Shown here: positions 40,616 through 54,356 of the stretch, piece by piece | How the letters are laid out: every line of letters begins with the position of its first letter | How positions within the stretch are numbered: position 1 is the stretch's first letter | Assembly: GCA_951406725.2 (NCBI GenBank) | Contig: OX597834.1 | Span: 32,116,001 to 32,180,000 of the forward strand | Origin: Octopus vulgaris | Lineage: Eukaryota | DNA: 64,000 nt | Direction of reading: 5' to 3' | The notes under the pieces: generated by a model | The model's input: the letters and a program-made list of their open reading frames with translations, nothing else | What the model was told of the DNA's origin: nothing | Database searches by the model: none | Program-made: the position numbers and the translations under genes

Positions 40616-40760
40616 ATTATGGCAAAGACAATAGAAAAGGACAGACAGAATAAAACAGAAAATAAGGAGATAAAGAGAAAGAATTTAAAAGAGAGAAGGA
40701 GGACATAACAGATGACGATAATGATGAGGGACTTTGTAGGAATTCCTGCAAGACACTTAC

Positions 40761-40811
40761 CTGTTGATCTAAATCTTTCATTGTTTTACAAACAAATTTT
40801 GGAATTACAAC
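40761..40811 (-). CDS. MVB12: MVB12 homolog, coding exon 8
   Basis: VVIPKFVCKTMKDLDQQ, with TGCAG and GTAAGT boundaries, phase 0-0. Confidence 0.9.
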
Positions 40812-41182
40812 CTGCAACAAAAGAAATTTTAAAGAAAAATAAAAAAAAAACATTAATCATCTGTGCTCCAATTAAAAAATATACAATTTTACTAATTAAA
40901 ATCATCAATTATACATGCACGCACCCACAAATTACAAATCAAATTCTGTTATATTTTAAACAACCTTCTCTTCTATTTTTTTTTTAACCATTTTTCTGTT
41001 AAAATACATTTCTTTTGTTTCAATTAATTATGAAAATAATGAAGAATTTGGCAAAATAACATTGTCATTAATTAATCTGGTGTTTGGAACATAAATTAGC
41101 ATCAAATTTTGATGGCAGGTTATAAATTGGATGAGTTTAACCATTTTGTTAGCCACATTTCTTTTGAAATACATCAACTTAC

Positions 41183-41244
41183 GTTCTGTAGGCGGCTGGC
41201 TTTCTCTAATTTTGGATTCAATTGCCAAGGAATATCAGTCAATG
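41183..41244 (-). CDS. MVB12: MVB12 homolog, coding exon 7
   Basis: (P)LTDIPWQLNPKLEKASRLQN resembles the UMA-domain DGVPF motif. TAG and GTAAGT boundaries, phase 1-0. Confidence 0.88.
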
Positions 41245-41955
41245 CTAAAAGAGAAAAAAAAAACAACATAAGGACAGTTTCACTGAAGGGGATGGGGAAA
41301 GAAAAACAAAAGGAAAAATTAAACGAAAACAAAAAAAACAAACTATTATTGTTATTCTTTTACTTGTTTCAGTCATTTGACTGTGGCCATGCTGGAGCAC
41401 CGCCTTACTTGAGCAAATTGACCTCAGAGTTTTGTAAGCCTAGTACTTATTCTATCGGTCTCTTTTGCCAAACCTATTTCTTTACTACCCACAAGGGGTT
41501 AAACATAGAGGGGACAAACAAGGACAGACAAACGGATTAAGTCGATTACATCGACCCCAATGCGTAACTGGTACTTAATTTATCGACCCCGAAAGGATGA
41601 AAGGCAAAGTCGACCTCGGCGGAATTTGAACTCAGAACGTAACAGCAGACGAAATACCGCAAGGCATTTTGCCCGGCACGCTAACGGTTCTGCCAGCTCG
41701 CCGCTAAGTTATGGGGACGTAAACACACCAGCATAAGTTGTCAAGTGATGATGGAGGGACAAACACAGACACACAAACATACACCAACACACATACGATG
41801 GGCTTCTTCCAGTTTCTGTCTACCAAATCCACTCACAAGGCTTTGGTTGGCCCGAGGCTTTAGTAGAAGACACTTTCCCAAGGTGCCATGCAGTGGGACT
41901 GAACCCATGACCATGAGGTTGGTAAGCAAGCTACTTACCACACAGCCACTCCTGC

Positions 41956-41999
<44 letters not shown>

Positions 42000-42265
42000 A
42001 AAAAAAAGAGATCAAAGATCCTTCCCATACCAGAGGCTCATAAGGCTAGTTTCTTGGATTCTGTGGTATATTTTTCCCCTGGACAGGATGCCAGTCTGTC
42101 GCAGGATTACTCTTTTTTACCAGCTTAACGGACTGGAGCAATGTGAAATGAAGCGCCTTGCTCAAGAACATAATGCTTTGCTCAATCTAGGAATCAAAAC
42201 CACAATCATGAGCGCAACAATCGAACCACACACACACACAAATAAGGGTTTCTTGCTGTACTTAC

Positions 42266-42390
42266 GTGATTTTGTATTAGTAACTAGTCTTGAAATATTG
42301 TCTTCAGAAGAACTATATGAAGATAAATTGGGGTTGCTTGCTGCCATTGTTGGGTTCATCACATAAGGCAAAGCATTTTCTACTGGTGTT
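42266..42390 (-). CDS. MVB12: MVB12 homolog, coding exon 6 (linker)
   Basis: TPVENALPYVMNPTMAASNPNLSSYSSSEDNISRLVTNTKS. Strong splice sites, and phases 2-1 fit both neighbours. Confidence 0.8.
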
Positions 42391-43188
42391 CTGAGGTAAA
42401 AAAAAAAAAAAAGAAGACAACAATAAGAACAACAATTTATAGCATTGGTGCAACAACAACAACAGCATCAAAGTATCACTAGAATCTCTATATATATAAA
42501 CAGCAAAATGTTTGTGTGTGTGTGTGTGTGTCCTTTATACAGTTCCACAATTTTTCAGTTAAAGGGCTCGTACGTTCTATGGTCATTCCAAGGGTGGTCG
42601 TGCACATCTTTACATTTCCCCAGTTACCACGCAAAGCCATTAAAAAATCAATAGAAGTGACTTTTTTTGTGAATTTTCTATCCAAAACCCAATCAAAATG
42701 CCCGAAACTTGATACGCCAATTGAATGCCAGCTAGCTGTATGTGACTGGTTGGAGATTTGGACAGTACTCACGTGTATGTGCGCACACACGCAGCTGTAT
42801 ATGCATGCACAAGCACTATGACCAGGCGTTGCTGGGTCAGAGTGCTAGTGACCAATATTTTCTGAGGAGATTTTGGAAGATGGAAACCAAGTGAAAACTT
42901 GTTATCCTCTGTCTTATCATCTTTCCATGTTTGTCCTCGCTGCTGGCATGGGCTGGATGGTTTGACAGGATCCAAAAGGTTGGAGGACTGCTTTGGCAGG
43001 GTTTCTATACTGGGTGCTTTCTTTCCCATGGTACCAGCATTACTGAGGCTACCATGTAGCTTGCAACATGGTGACGTAACCAGCCTATCATTTGAGCTTG
43101 TGTCCACTAAGTTCACCGTCATCAATGCACCGCACGGAAAGTCCACAGTTTTCTGTTAACAAAATAGTTTTTAACATTCATGTATACC

Positions 43189-43419
43189 TATTTCTTTACT
43201 ACCCACAAGGGGCTAAACACAGAGAGGACAAACAAGGACAGACACATGGATTAAGTCGATTATATCGACCCCAGTGCGTAACTGGTACTTATTTAATTGA
43301 CCCCGAAGGGATGAAAGGCAAAGTCAACCTCGGCGGAATTTGAACTCAGAACGTAACGGCAGACGAAATATGGCTACGCATTTCGCCCGGCGTGCTAACG
43401 TTTCTGCCAGCTTGCCGCC
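43189..43419 (-). mobile_element. SINE family M, full length
   Basis: Imperfect TSD TG(T/C)ATACC. Confidence 0.85.
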
Positions 43420-43788
43420 TTGCATACCATTTATCAATGTGTATTGGGGAAAGGCAAAAGTTGAAACTTAAATTAAGCTCCTTGAACTGTTTGTTCTGGA
43501 CTGGGTCACGGACACTCCATTAGCAGTCTCGCTGTCATAAATGCGGTGAACCAGTGACTGACTTGTTGGTTACGGGTAACCAACAACATTATTGTTCATA
43601 TACTGTAATACAAAATAAACAAAGTGAAGCTATAGTTGGTTGAATCAACCCCAGCACATGACTGGTACCTGCTTACGTTGGTGATTGCGGTGGTGTTATA
43701 GGTGATGGTGGGGGGTGGTAGAAGTGGTGGTGGTTATAGGGTGCATTTGAGCAAGAAATTAAGTCAGAAACGAGGAGAGATGACGTAC

Positions 43789-43920
43789 AAGCATAATCTT
43801 GACTGTGAGGTGGTTGCGGTCAGTACGTGATGGGAAGAGATTTCATTTGACCGAGAATAGTTCATGTTTGTTTTGGCCAGGCTGACCATCTTGAAACACA
43901 GCAGCATGTTGTTAATATCT
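43789..43920 (-). CDS. MVB12: MVB12 homolog, coding exon 5
   Basis: (G)DINNMLLCFKMVSLAK... ends the MABP domain. The acceptor is clear. The donor TT|GTACGT was chosen for phase compatibility, so the 3' boundary is less certain. Confidence 0.78.
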
Positions 43921-44412
43921 CTGGAAAATGAGAAAAGAGAGAGAAATTAAAAACAACAATAGAGGGAGCCACTATCCTGCTGAAAATAGCAAACAAATCA
44001 CCCTCAAATAACACACAGTAACCCACCCCCACAAAATGTATTGAATGATATAATCATAAATATGCTTAAAAATGAAAGATGGTCATGGTTGGAATGTCTT
44101 AGATCATAGGATTGCTCAGTTAGGATTGACAACTTTTATTAAGAATAATATGCACAGGCATGGCTATGTGGTTAAAAACTTTGTGGAGGTCATTCGGCAA
44201 AAGATGAATGTTCAGACGATGTCTTTGTTGGGAGAGTCCATCGTGTCATAGGATTTGTTTTAAAGTGACCAAATGTAGGAGCTGGACATTAGCTCACTCT
44301 CTCCATCCAATCGACATTGTCTGAACAGGTGCACAGTGTGCCGCACATCAGGGGTCAAAGTGATTGCAGAGCAACATGAAATGGAGGGTCTTGCTTAAGA
44401 ACACAATGCACT

Positions 44413-44789
44413 GATGGTGGAAGCACTCCGTCGGTTACGACGATGAGGGTTCCGGTTGATCCGACCAACGGAACAGCCTGCTCGTGAAATTAACGTGTAA
44501 GTGGCTGAGCACTCCACAGACACGTGTACCCTTAACGTAGTTCTCGGGGATATTCAGCGTGACACAGAGAGTGACAAGGCCGGCCCTTTGAAATACAGGT
44601 ACAACAGAAACAGGAAGAAAGAGTGAGAGAAAGTTGTGGTGAAAGAGTACAGCAGGGATCACCACCATCCCCTGCCGGAGCCTCGTGGAGCTTTTAGGTG
44701 TTTTCGCTCAATAAACACTCACAACGCCCGGTCTGGGAATCGAAACCGCGAGTCCGCTGCCCTAACCACTGGGCCATTGCGCCTCCACT
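44413..44789 (-). mobile_element. Young tRNA-derived SINE nested in an older SINE
   Basis: 12-bp TSD ACACAATGCACT at 44401-44412 and 44790-44801. Head GGAGGCGCAATGGCCCAGTGGTTAGG. Confidence 0.9.
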
Positions 44790-44920
44790 ACACAATGCAC
44801 TACCCAGTCTAGGAATTGAAATCATGATCGCTTAATCCCGAGTGCAATGCCCTAACCATTGAGCCATGCACCCTCACAGGCATCTATGATATGTGTATGT
44901 ATACACACACACACACACAC

Positions 44921-45166
44921 AAACTTTCCCGTTATATATCACGCGCTCATGTGGTCTCACTTTTATCCTATATTCTACCACTACCAACTCTTACCTCTCC
45001 ATTGGCTCTCCTTGTTTCTTTTCTGTGTATCTTTCTGTCGAAGAGCATAGGCTCGAAACGTAAAAGACTTTTTCTATTTCTATTCCTGAGCGCCATACTA
45101 ATACATTTGTTTGTACTCCACCTGCCTTCGTCTTTTGTTTATTTTCGTAAACCTTCCCGTTATATA
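44921..45166 (+). mobile_element. Penelope-like terminal repeat unit with hammerhead-like motif (45030-45067)
   Basis: Terminal direct repeat AAAC(T/C)TTCCCGTTATATA at both ends. Motif TCTTT-CTGTCGA-A-GAGC(ATAG)GCTC-GAAAC-GTA-AAAGA. Homologs at 11949-12121 (+) and about 5925-6035 (-). Confidence 0.6.
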
Positions 45167-45169
45167 AAC

Positions 45170-45415
45170 TTAGATATGTTTTGACCAAAGATTGGTCCAG
45201 GCCATGTCTAACTTAATAGCACCACCTGATAGGATTATTCGAATCCTGTTTAAGTCAAGTTTTGTTTATAGTCCATTCAAGTAGTGAGTTCTTGTTGGGT
45301 GAGTTGTATTCAATTATGGGTGGCTCATCAGGTATTCTTTGAAAGAATCTATCCAGACTCCGTTTAAAGTTGATGGGATCCTTTTCCTCTTTGATCTCCC
45401 TCGGGACAATGTTAA
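45170..45415 (-). mobile_element. CR1/L2-group LINE 3' fragment
   Basis: The minus translation NIVPREIKEEKDPINFKRSLDRFFQRIPDEPP resembles CR1/L2-group ORF2 C-termini. Confidence 0.6.
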
Positions 45416-46209
45416 TATATGATTAATATATACCCAATAGATTAATTAATAACTAAATAAAAACAAAGTTGTGATGTGAATGGTTTTTCACAATGCCATT
45501 TAGTAATAAACTATAAAAGAGTCTCAATGGGTAACAGAAATGTTATTAAAACAATAACAGTTAAGAATTGAGACAAAATGAAAAATTTACTGAATAGTGT
45601 CAAAAAAGTTTCTCAACACAAATTATTTCCCTTAGATTATTATTAAAGTCTGAATGAATGAAGTGTGTGTGTGCGTGTGTGTGTGTGTGTGTGCAAGCGC
45701 AGAGGATGGGAGAGAGAGAAAAAGCTGAAGACACTTGAGAACATGAATAGGCAACCCGTGACATTAAGCTGTATGTGGGCCCATGATATATATATATCAT
45801 CATCATCATCGTTTAACGTCCATGCTAGCTTGAGTTGGACGATTTTGACTGAGGGCTGGCAAACCAGATGGCTGCACCAGGCCCCAATCTTGATCTGGCA
45901 GAGTTTCTACAGCTGGATGCCCTTCCTAACACCAACCACTCCAAGAGTGTAGTGGGTGCTTTTTATGTGCCACTATATATTCTTTTTTATGGTAGAAATA
46001 ACGTCATAAACATATCAGGTGTAGGCGTGGCTGTGTGGTAAAAAAACTTGCCTTCCAATTCCATAGTTCCAGGCTCAGTTCCACTCCATGGCAACTTTTG
46101 GGCAAGTTTCTGTTACTAGAATTTTAGACCAACCAAGGTCTTGGATTTGGTGGACAGAAACTGGAAGAAGCCCATTGTGTGTGTTTGTGCGTGTGTGTGT
46201 ATATATGTA

Positions 46210-46258
<49 letters not shown>

Positions 46259-47106
46259 ATATCTCAGGGTCACAAGCGTTTCATCCCTTAGCCTTTATGC
46301 TTCATCTGAATGGGGCAGCAAGAACTGAGCTAGTCTTCACCTCTGGAAGGGTTCCACTTGCAGCCCCCTATAAACCACAGCCATCTTCAGAACGTTTCAG
46401 CTGCTCTTCTTATTTCCTTGATGGCTTTCTTCAGTTGGTTTGGTTCCAGACCTTTTTTCTGCAGGAAATAGTGCACTGATCGAGAGAAAGCTGCAGCAAC
46501 CAACTTCAATATATTGGCTGTGTGGTAAGAAGTTTGCCTCCCAACCACATGGTTCCAGGTTCAATCCGATTGCATGGCACCTTGGGAAGTGTCTTCTAGT
46601 ATAGAGTTGGGCTGACCAAATCCTTTTCAGTGGATTTCGTAGATGGAAACTGAAAGAAACCTGTTGCATATATATACATATATATATATATATGTCTGTC
46701 TTTGTGTTAGTTCCCTCATCACCGCTTGACAATTGGTGTTGGTGTGTTTACATCCCTTAACTTAGCAGTTCGGCAAAAGAGTCCGACAGAATAAGTACCA
46801 GGCTTAGAAAATAAGTACTGGGGTTAATTCATTCAACTAAAAACTCAAGGCTTTGCCCCAGCATGGCCGCAGTCTAATGACTGAAACAAGTAAAAGGTGT
46901 GTGTATGTGTGCGCACAAGCACCTACATATATGTGTCTGTGTGTATATAAGTTTGTATATATTGATGTATCAGCTCTGAAAACAACAATGGAAACAAAAT
47001 GTATTGAGACAAAAAAACAATAATAATGATAATAATAATAATGATGATGATAAAAAGAAGAGGAAGAGCAGACAGGTAAAAAGACTATTTTAAAGAAGTT
47101 ACTGAC

Positions 47107-47239
47107 CCGATAACGGTGTAACCAGAGGGAGGTCTGCGCATGGATTTACTTAAAAGGATCAGTTTGGATATAGCGGCATTAGTCAGACGATAGCTCATCC
47201 ACCGAAAACAGAGGCTTTTTTTCTTCAGAGATTTCTCAT
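47107..47239 (-). CDS. MVB12: MVB12 homolog, coding exon 4
   Basis: (H)EKSLKKKSLCFRWMSYRLTNAAISKLILLSKSMRRPPSGYTVI(G), a MABP repeat. TAG and GTCAGT boundaries, phase 1-2. Confidence 0.92.
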
Positions 47240-47896
47240 CTAGAAATACCAATAAAAGAATTTCAGGTAAAAATTTTAAAAAATGTGGATTAAAATAAAA
47301 AGTAAATGAATTTTTAAAATATCAATGTCTTTAGTTTAATGTCCACCATTCAATAAAACAGGGTTTTATTGAAGCAAATTTTCTATGGTTGGATGCCTTT
47401 CCTGTTGCCAACCCTCACTCGTTTCCAAGTGGTGGAGGAATTTCTGCATGGCCAAACATCTTTTTTAGGGAGGATTGGAAAGAAACAAGATTGCTTGCAT
47501 GATGGAGCTGCTTGTTGACCACTACTGCATGATGTGAAGACATGGAGACACACACACACACAAACATATATACATACACACACACAAACACACATATACA
47601 CACAAACACACACACACACACATATACACAAACACAGACACATGTATACACACAAACCACTGTGCCTATCGTTGACTGACTTGGAGAAGACTTTTCATAA
47701 ATTACAACATTAAGTAATGTGATGGTTGCTAAGAAAACCCAAGGGGTGGAGGAATTTTCTTTTTATATCTTTTAGTCAGGAGGGAAGGCAGCTTTTCGAT
47801 GGATGCACTTTTCTTTCTTAGCTTGCAACAGATAATCCACTTGGCCCCTCTGCTTCAACAAACAAGAAACTGAAAGAGATTTTCGCCAGTACTCAC

Positions 47897-47987
47897 GTGT
47901 ATCTTCTGTATATTCAAGCACTGTGAAGCCAGCAGGTACGGAGTCTTTGTCATTAATTATGGCCACATCTACCAGGACGTCATCGTC
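47897..47987 (-). CDS. MVB12: MVB12 homolog, coding exon 3
   Basis: DDDVLVDVAIINDKDSVPAGFTVLEYTEDT, with CAG and GTGAGT boundaries. Confidence 0.93.
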
Positions 47988-48139
47988 CTGAGAAATAAAA
48001 AGAAACAAAAAACAAATTAAAGTATAAAACAATAACTAACATTCGAAGAACTCAATCACATTGACTAAGGCAGACTAATGATTAATAGTGAGACAAGATG
48101 AGCAAATTTACAAGCAGACTGTTGAACCAAGACTAGGAT

Positions 48140-48340
48140 TGTGGAGTGGAGATGGAGCCATGGACTGGACAGTGGGCCAGCAGGGTGCAGGGTGGAGAGC
48201 TGGGGTCTGTGAAGTGGAGTAGAGTGGGGCCCAGGGGATGGAGAGCTGGGCTGCGTGGTGCAGAGCGGGGTCATGAGGTGCAGAGCTGGATCATGGAGTA
48301 CAGAGTTGGACGCCATGGGGTGCAGAGCAGGTCTGTGAAG
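48140..48340. repeat. Degenerate G-rich minisatellite
   Basis: Repeated GGTGCAGAGCTGGG-like units of about 20-25 bp. Confidence 0.55.
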
Positions 48341-49139
48341 TCAAGAACAAATGTGCAGAATCAAGACAGACCATCAACCAATAGTAAGGGTCACTGACCA
48401 ACTCTGAGATCCTAGATACGCACAGGCCAAGGATGTAAATCTCAAATGTTGTGGGTGATTCCCTCAATGGCTCATGTTACTACATACAGGCTCTCCTTGT
48501 TGGATTGGGTGACTACATAAAGGCTTCCCTGATTGGCACAGGTGACCACATCATCATCATCAACATTTAACGTCCATGGATTGGATGGCTTGACAGGACC
48601 TGGGAAGGCTAGAGCCACAACAGATTCCATAGTCTGGTTTGGTTTGGTTTCTACAGCTGGATGCCCTTCCTAACATGCCAACCACTTTACAGAGTGTACT
48701 GGGTGCTTTTTGCATGGCACCAGCACCAGCGCTTTTTATGTCGCACCAGCACCCACACCAATGCTCTTTATGTGGCACCTAAGTTAGGATCTCAATTCTA
48801 CTGTGGTGGGCATGTCTTCTAGAGTACAGCAATGCACCACATATCTCGGTCCTCTGTTACTACATACAAACTAGAATGTTAGTTCATCTCCAAGAATATT
48901 ATCACAAGAGGGAGAATATACTTAAATTTCCACTGTTCACTTACAGAATATGCCATGACCACCACTACACCCAACACTGAGTGGACTCAGCTCTATTAAA
49001 ATCACCAAACATAGGAAAAAAATAAAAAATAAATTTCTAGACTTGCTTATCTAACAACAAATGGATGATTCGTGAATTCTAGTTCCATTTCCTGTCTTGG
49101 ATCCATGATGATAATCTACTCCATTACTTGACTGGCACT

Positions 49140-49560
49140 AAAATCACCCCTGGAATGACAGAGGGTGAAATAAAAGCCAGCAAAATTTGAACTCAGAATA
49201 TAAAAGTTTGCAACTAAACACAAGGAAGTTTGATCAATACTGTCAGAATGATGCATTATGGGAAGACTAACTGAATCCAAAACTTAATTGGCTTTTCATT
49301 TCATCACCTTTGGAAGGATGAGAGTCGGAGTAAAACTCTGCTTTGATGGGATTTGAACTCAGAATGTAAAGGTTTGCAACTTAACACAAGGAAGTTTGAC
49401 TGATACTCTGACAATGATGCATCCTGGGAACCCTAATTGATTTCACTAATTGACTAACACTTTGTTTTATCCCCCCTTGGAAGGCTGAATGGCAAATGCC
49501 AGGCATGATTTGAACTCTGAACATAATGGCTCACAACTTAACATGAGAAAGTTTGACAAA
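49140..49560 (-). repeat. Three tandem degenerate SINE-derived units (~170 bp)
   Basis: ATTTGAACTC(A/T)GAA...CAACT.AACA..AG.AAGTTTGA repeats at about 49185, 49351 and 49508. Confidence 0.6.
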
Positions 49561-50319
49561 TGGTTTCAAGAAACTTTAAATGGTGGGGTCAGTCACTGCC
49601 AAATATTACATCCTGGTTCAAGAGAAGTCTGCAACTGTATTGAGAGAGACAGACAGACAGAAAGGCAGAGAAAGAGATTCCTAGATACTGCCACTTTACC
49701 ACACACACACACACACACACACACACTCATGCATTCAAACATACTCATATACATACCCTCAATAGAGATTCACATACAAATACATTCACACACCCTCACA
49801 CAAACACCCTTATTCGTCCACATTCATATATAAACTCATACACACACACTTGTACACATACAGCCATCCTCATTCACACACTCACATACAAACTCATGTA
49901 TGTGTGTGTGTATGGCCTTGTACACACGTACATCCTCTCTCATGCACACATCTTCATTCACCCTCCTCCATCCCCCCCAGGCAGCCTTCAACTTACCCAC
50001 CCACCCACCCCCATTCCAGACACTTTCACATCCTGAGTCACAGCATCTTATTTAATTAATTTATCATTTTCCCCACCACCACCACCACCCTCCTCCTCTT
50101 CCTTCTTTATAAACTTTCTCGTTGTGATGTCCATTTTGTCTCGAAAATAGCCAAAGAAAGAAGAAGAAAAAAAATCATAAGTCTTTACACAGAATTACTA
50201 AATAACAAAATAAGAAAGAAAGAAAAAATATTTAAAAAAAACCAAGATCATAGACAAAGAAACAAAATAAAAAATAAAATAAAATGATAAAAGTTTTTAA
50301 AAAAAGTGAGAGAAAATCC

Positions 50320-50363
<44 letters not shown>

Positions 50364-50515
50364 CAACAATAATAATAACAATAATAATAATAACAATAAT
50401 AATAATAATAAAAAAGAGGCGGAAGATGTCTGCTGGAAGATTTGCTGCTGAAGACAAAAGAAAATGGTGTTTGTTGTTGTTGACAACCGTGAAGAAAGCG
50501 AAGGCATCGACTTAC

Positions 50516-50623
50516 AGGCATAGGATTACATTTCTTGTAGCAGATGTAACGGTAGTAGCGTCGTCCAAATAAACTGTCTCGCCATAAATCAGCATCATCT
50601 TTGCCATCTTCGGTTCGATCAAG
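50516..50623 (-). CDS. MVB12: MVB12 homolog, coding exon 2
   Basis: LDRTEDGKDDADLWRDSLFGRRYYRYICYKKCNPMP contains the MVB12/MABP signature DADLW.D.LF...RY.C. TAG and GTAAGT boundaries. Confidence 0.95.
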
Positions 50624-51112
50624 CTACAGATGGAGAGAGAGTGAGAGAGAGAGAAAGAGAGAGAGTTAGATTGCAGCAGAGAGAAAACGGTAAAAAATCT
50701 CATCTTTTATCTTTTACTTGTTTCAGTCATTATTAGACTGTGGCCAGGCTGGGGCACCATCACCACCATGAAGAATTTTTTAGCCGAATTAATTGGCCCC
50801 AAGTACCTTTTTTTTTTTTTTTTTTTACCTTTTAAGCCTGGTACTTATTCTACTGAACTCTTTTGCCGAACCGGTAAGTCACAGGGACATAAACAAAAGA
50901 ACACCGGTTGTCAAGCGGTGATGGTGGGAGAAACACAAAGACATATACACATAGACATATATAAATATGATGGGCTTCTTTCAGTTTCCCTCTACCAAAT
51001 CTACTCATAAGGTTATAACAGAAGACACTTGTCCAAGATTCCATGTAGTGGGACTGAACCTGGAACCATGTGGTTGGGAAGCAAGCTTCTTATCACACAG
51101 CCACTCCAGTGC

Positions 51113-51143
<31 letters not shown>

Positions 51144-52839
51144 TATACGAGCAAAACGCCGCCCCGTCCAATGGACGGTGCTGAGTTGTCAAACATTTAA
51201 ATCAAATTTTCTCAAAACAAGTTGTCCGACCGTCCCATAGGCCTCCCCTTTGAGAAACACTGACTTAACCTAAATTTGAGACACCAGCAAAAGAAGAAAT
51301 AAAGATAGACTTTTTCTCTATTCCAAGAAAAACGTTTTTACAAATGCACGTTCCCACGCCTTTATTGATTGCATTCTCACCTGGAATCGATTTTTGTAAT
51401 TTTTTCAAGACTTATACACGCCCTGATACTGTTGGTATCTACATATCAAATTTGAGTGCAATCGGATGGAGGATGCCCGAGATCCTAGAAGACACACACA
51501 CACACACACAGACAGAAATGATTTTATATAATATATATATATATATATATATAAATATCGGCATGGCTGTGTGGTAAGAAGTTTGCTTCCCAACCATATG
51601 GTTATGAGTTCAGTTCCACAGCATGGCATAGTATGTTCTACTATAGCCTCGGGCCAATCAGAACCTTGTGAGAGGATTTGCTAGAAGAAAACTGAAAGAA
51701 GCCCATTAAATATGTGTGTGTGTGTCTTTGTATTTGTCCACCAATACTGCTTAATGACCAGTGTTGGTATGTTTACATCCCTGTAACTTATAGGATAGGT
51801 ACCAAGCTTAAAACAGAACGTACTGGGTTTGACTCATTCAACTAAGTTTCTTTAAGGCAGGGCCCCAGCATGGCCACGGTTTAATGATTGAAACTACCAA
51901 AAGATATAAAATCAGGAGCTATGCGAATTGGATAGAAATTCATTTTTCCAATATGACGTCTGTATGATTACAGCTGTTTCGTAACCTTCTTCATGTAGCA
52001 TTATTAATTCCAGCATGTGAAGTTACACATTCATGATTGCATCTATATGTACACTCAGCATTATACAATAAAATTGTATATTCACAAATTGATGTAAATA
52101 AGGAAAGCTAACTCATCAGATAACAGGAACACCATAGATACACTGCTTCCAACCATGAGGTCTTAGGTTCAATCCCACAGTGTAGCACCTTGGGCAAGTG
52201 TCTTCTACTATAGCCTCAGGTCAAGTAAAGCCTTGTGAGTGGATTTGAAGACAGAAACTGAAAGAAACCTGTTGCGTGTGTGTGTGTGTGTGTTCCATAA
52301 CTGCTTGACACCCGGTGTTGGTTAGTTTATGTCCTTGTCAGTGGTTTGGCAAAAGAGAACAATAGGCTTTAAAAAAATTCGAGGTTGATTTGTTCAACTT
52401 AATCTCTCAGGGCAGTGCTCCAGCATGGCCACAGTCTACTGAATGAAACAAGCCAAAAGATAAGACATACACCTCATCAAGAAAGTAAGTTGGATTGCAA
52501 TGTAAATCCTGTTTGAAAATCTTCTGTGAAAACATGTCTGGCCATAAGAAAATATTACCTTATTTGGAAACAGGTGAGGGTTGGTGACAGGGAGGGCACC
52601 CGGCCAACAAAATGTCTGCCTCAACAAACTCAGTCTGACTCATGTCAGCATGGAAAAGTGGATGTAATGATGGTGATGACGATGATGATGATTATATATA
52701 AATATATAATTCATTATTAGCCAGATAATCATTCAACACAATATCGTATTGTATAATTATTGAATTAATAATTAAATATGTTTATTGTATTCTGCAATCT
52801 GGCATTGAATTCTCTTCTACTCAATTGTTCCTTTAATCC

Positions 52840-52871
<32 letters not shown>

Positions 52872-52980
52872 CACATGTGTGTGTGTGTGTGTGAATATAT
52901 ATATTAATAGTTAAATATCTTACAGTTCTATAAATTTTTCATTGTTCTTTCATTCCTATTAATATATATATGTGTGTGTA

Positions 52981-53031
<51 letters not shown>

Positions 53032-54356
53032 TACATATATATACATATATATATGCATACATATATATACATATATATATGCATACATATATATACATAT
53101 ATATATGCATACATATATATACATATATATATACATACATATATATACATATATACATACATATATATACATATATACATACATATATATACATATATTT
53201 ACACACACACACACACACATATGTATAAATATATATATATATGCACGTGTGTGATTATAAGTACATGATTAAGCACCTTACAATAGCAGAAGTGCTTCAA
53301 TATATTGGTATTAATTTTTTTCTCTCTCAAAAACTGTGGTTTTTACTGAAATACTTGAACAACCATAACAATGTGAATTGATCCACAAATAAGAGGCTAC
53401 AGTGTGAATCAATTGAATGTTTAATCTCTCTTAAAAATCACAGCCTGAGGTTTTAAAAAAAAAGAAACAAGTCAACAAAAAAGTAGGGGAGGAATCACAG
53501 ATTTGTATGGCCTAAGTAGAGGAAAAGGACAGCAGCCATGACCCTTTTTGAAAGGGCCTTTGAAACTAGTAGGGGTGGTGGAGACGGGTAGTGATGTAAC
53601 TGAGGAGGGGGAGCAAAGAAAGGTAGTCTGCTCCATGTGACACTTTTATTATAGGGGGCAGCATGTTTGGGTCTGCTGTATAAAATTGTAGGGGAGTGGG
53701 GTGGAGATGGGGTTGAAAATTCAAGGTGACAGGTAAAACATGAGGGAGCCTCAGATATACACACAGACCTGGGCCCCGATGCTTACAAGAAATCGGACTG
53801 CATAAAAGCTATCCTGACAGTACCTCTGAAGGTACTACTAAACAAAGCTACAGAATATAGATAGCTACCACTGAAACACACACATGGCTATGTGGATGAG
53901 AAGTTCCCTTCCCAACCATGTGGCTTTGAGTTCAGTCCCACAGCATGGCACTTTGGATGAAACTATTGTAGCAGCCCTGGGCTGACCAAAACCTTGATGG
54001 TGGATTTGACAGACAAAAACCCCAAGAAGCATGCCACGTATGCATGGGTGTGTGTGCATGCACAGGTACATATGTCTCAACTTACATTTACACTTCTCTG
54101 GGAGAAAAAGAATATGTTTATGTAAATTTAATTTATTTTATATTTACGCATATATATTATTTGTCATAAATAATTGATATCATAATTATTTATATTTCTG
54201 ATTACATCATCATCATCATTGAATATTGGGGTCTGTGGTTGTTGTTTGAACTAAATATAACTTTGGTTATCTATAATAAATATCTTTTTGTGGATTGCGT
54301 AATATATAAATTTTATTTAAATATCTCTTATGAAAAAAAAAAATCACTGTGCTTTA

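Noticed and set aside
43460-43605. Possible additional MVB12 exon (good minus-strand acceptor at 43603)
   Set aside because: All three frames hit a stop within 11 codons, there is no convincing donor, and exons 5 and 6 already join in phase.
51960-52125. Minus-strand GAAACAGCTGTA plus a distant CTGATGA as another hammerhead
   Set aside because: The core halves are about 130 nt apart, stem I does not pair convincingly, and the nearer core position is degenerate. At most a relic.
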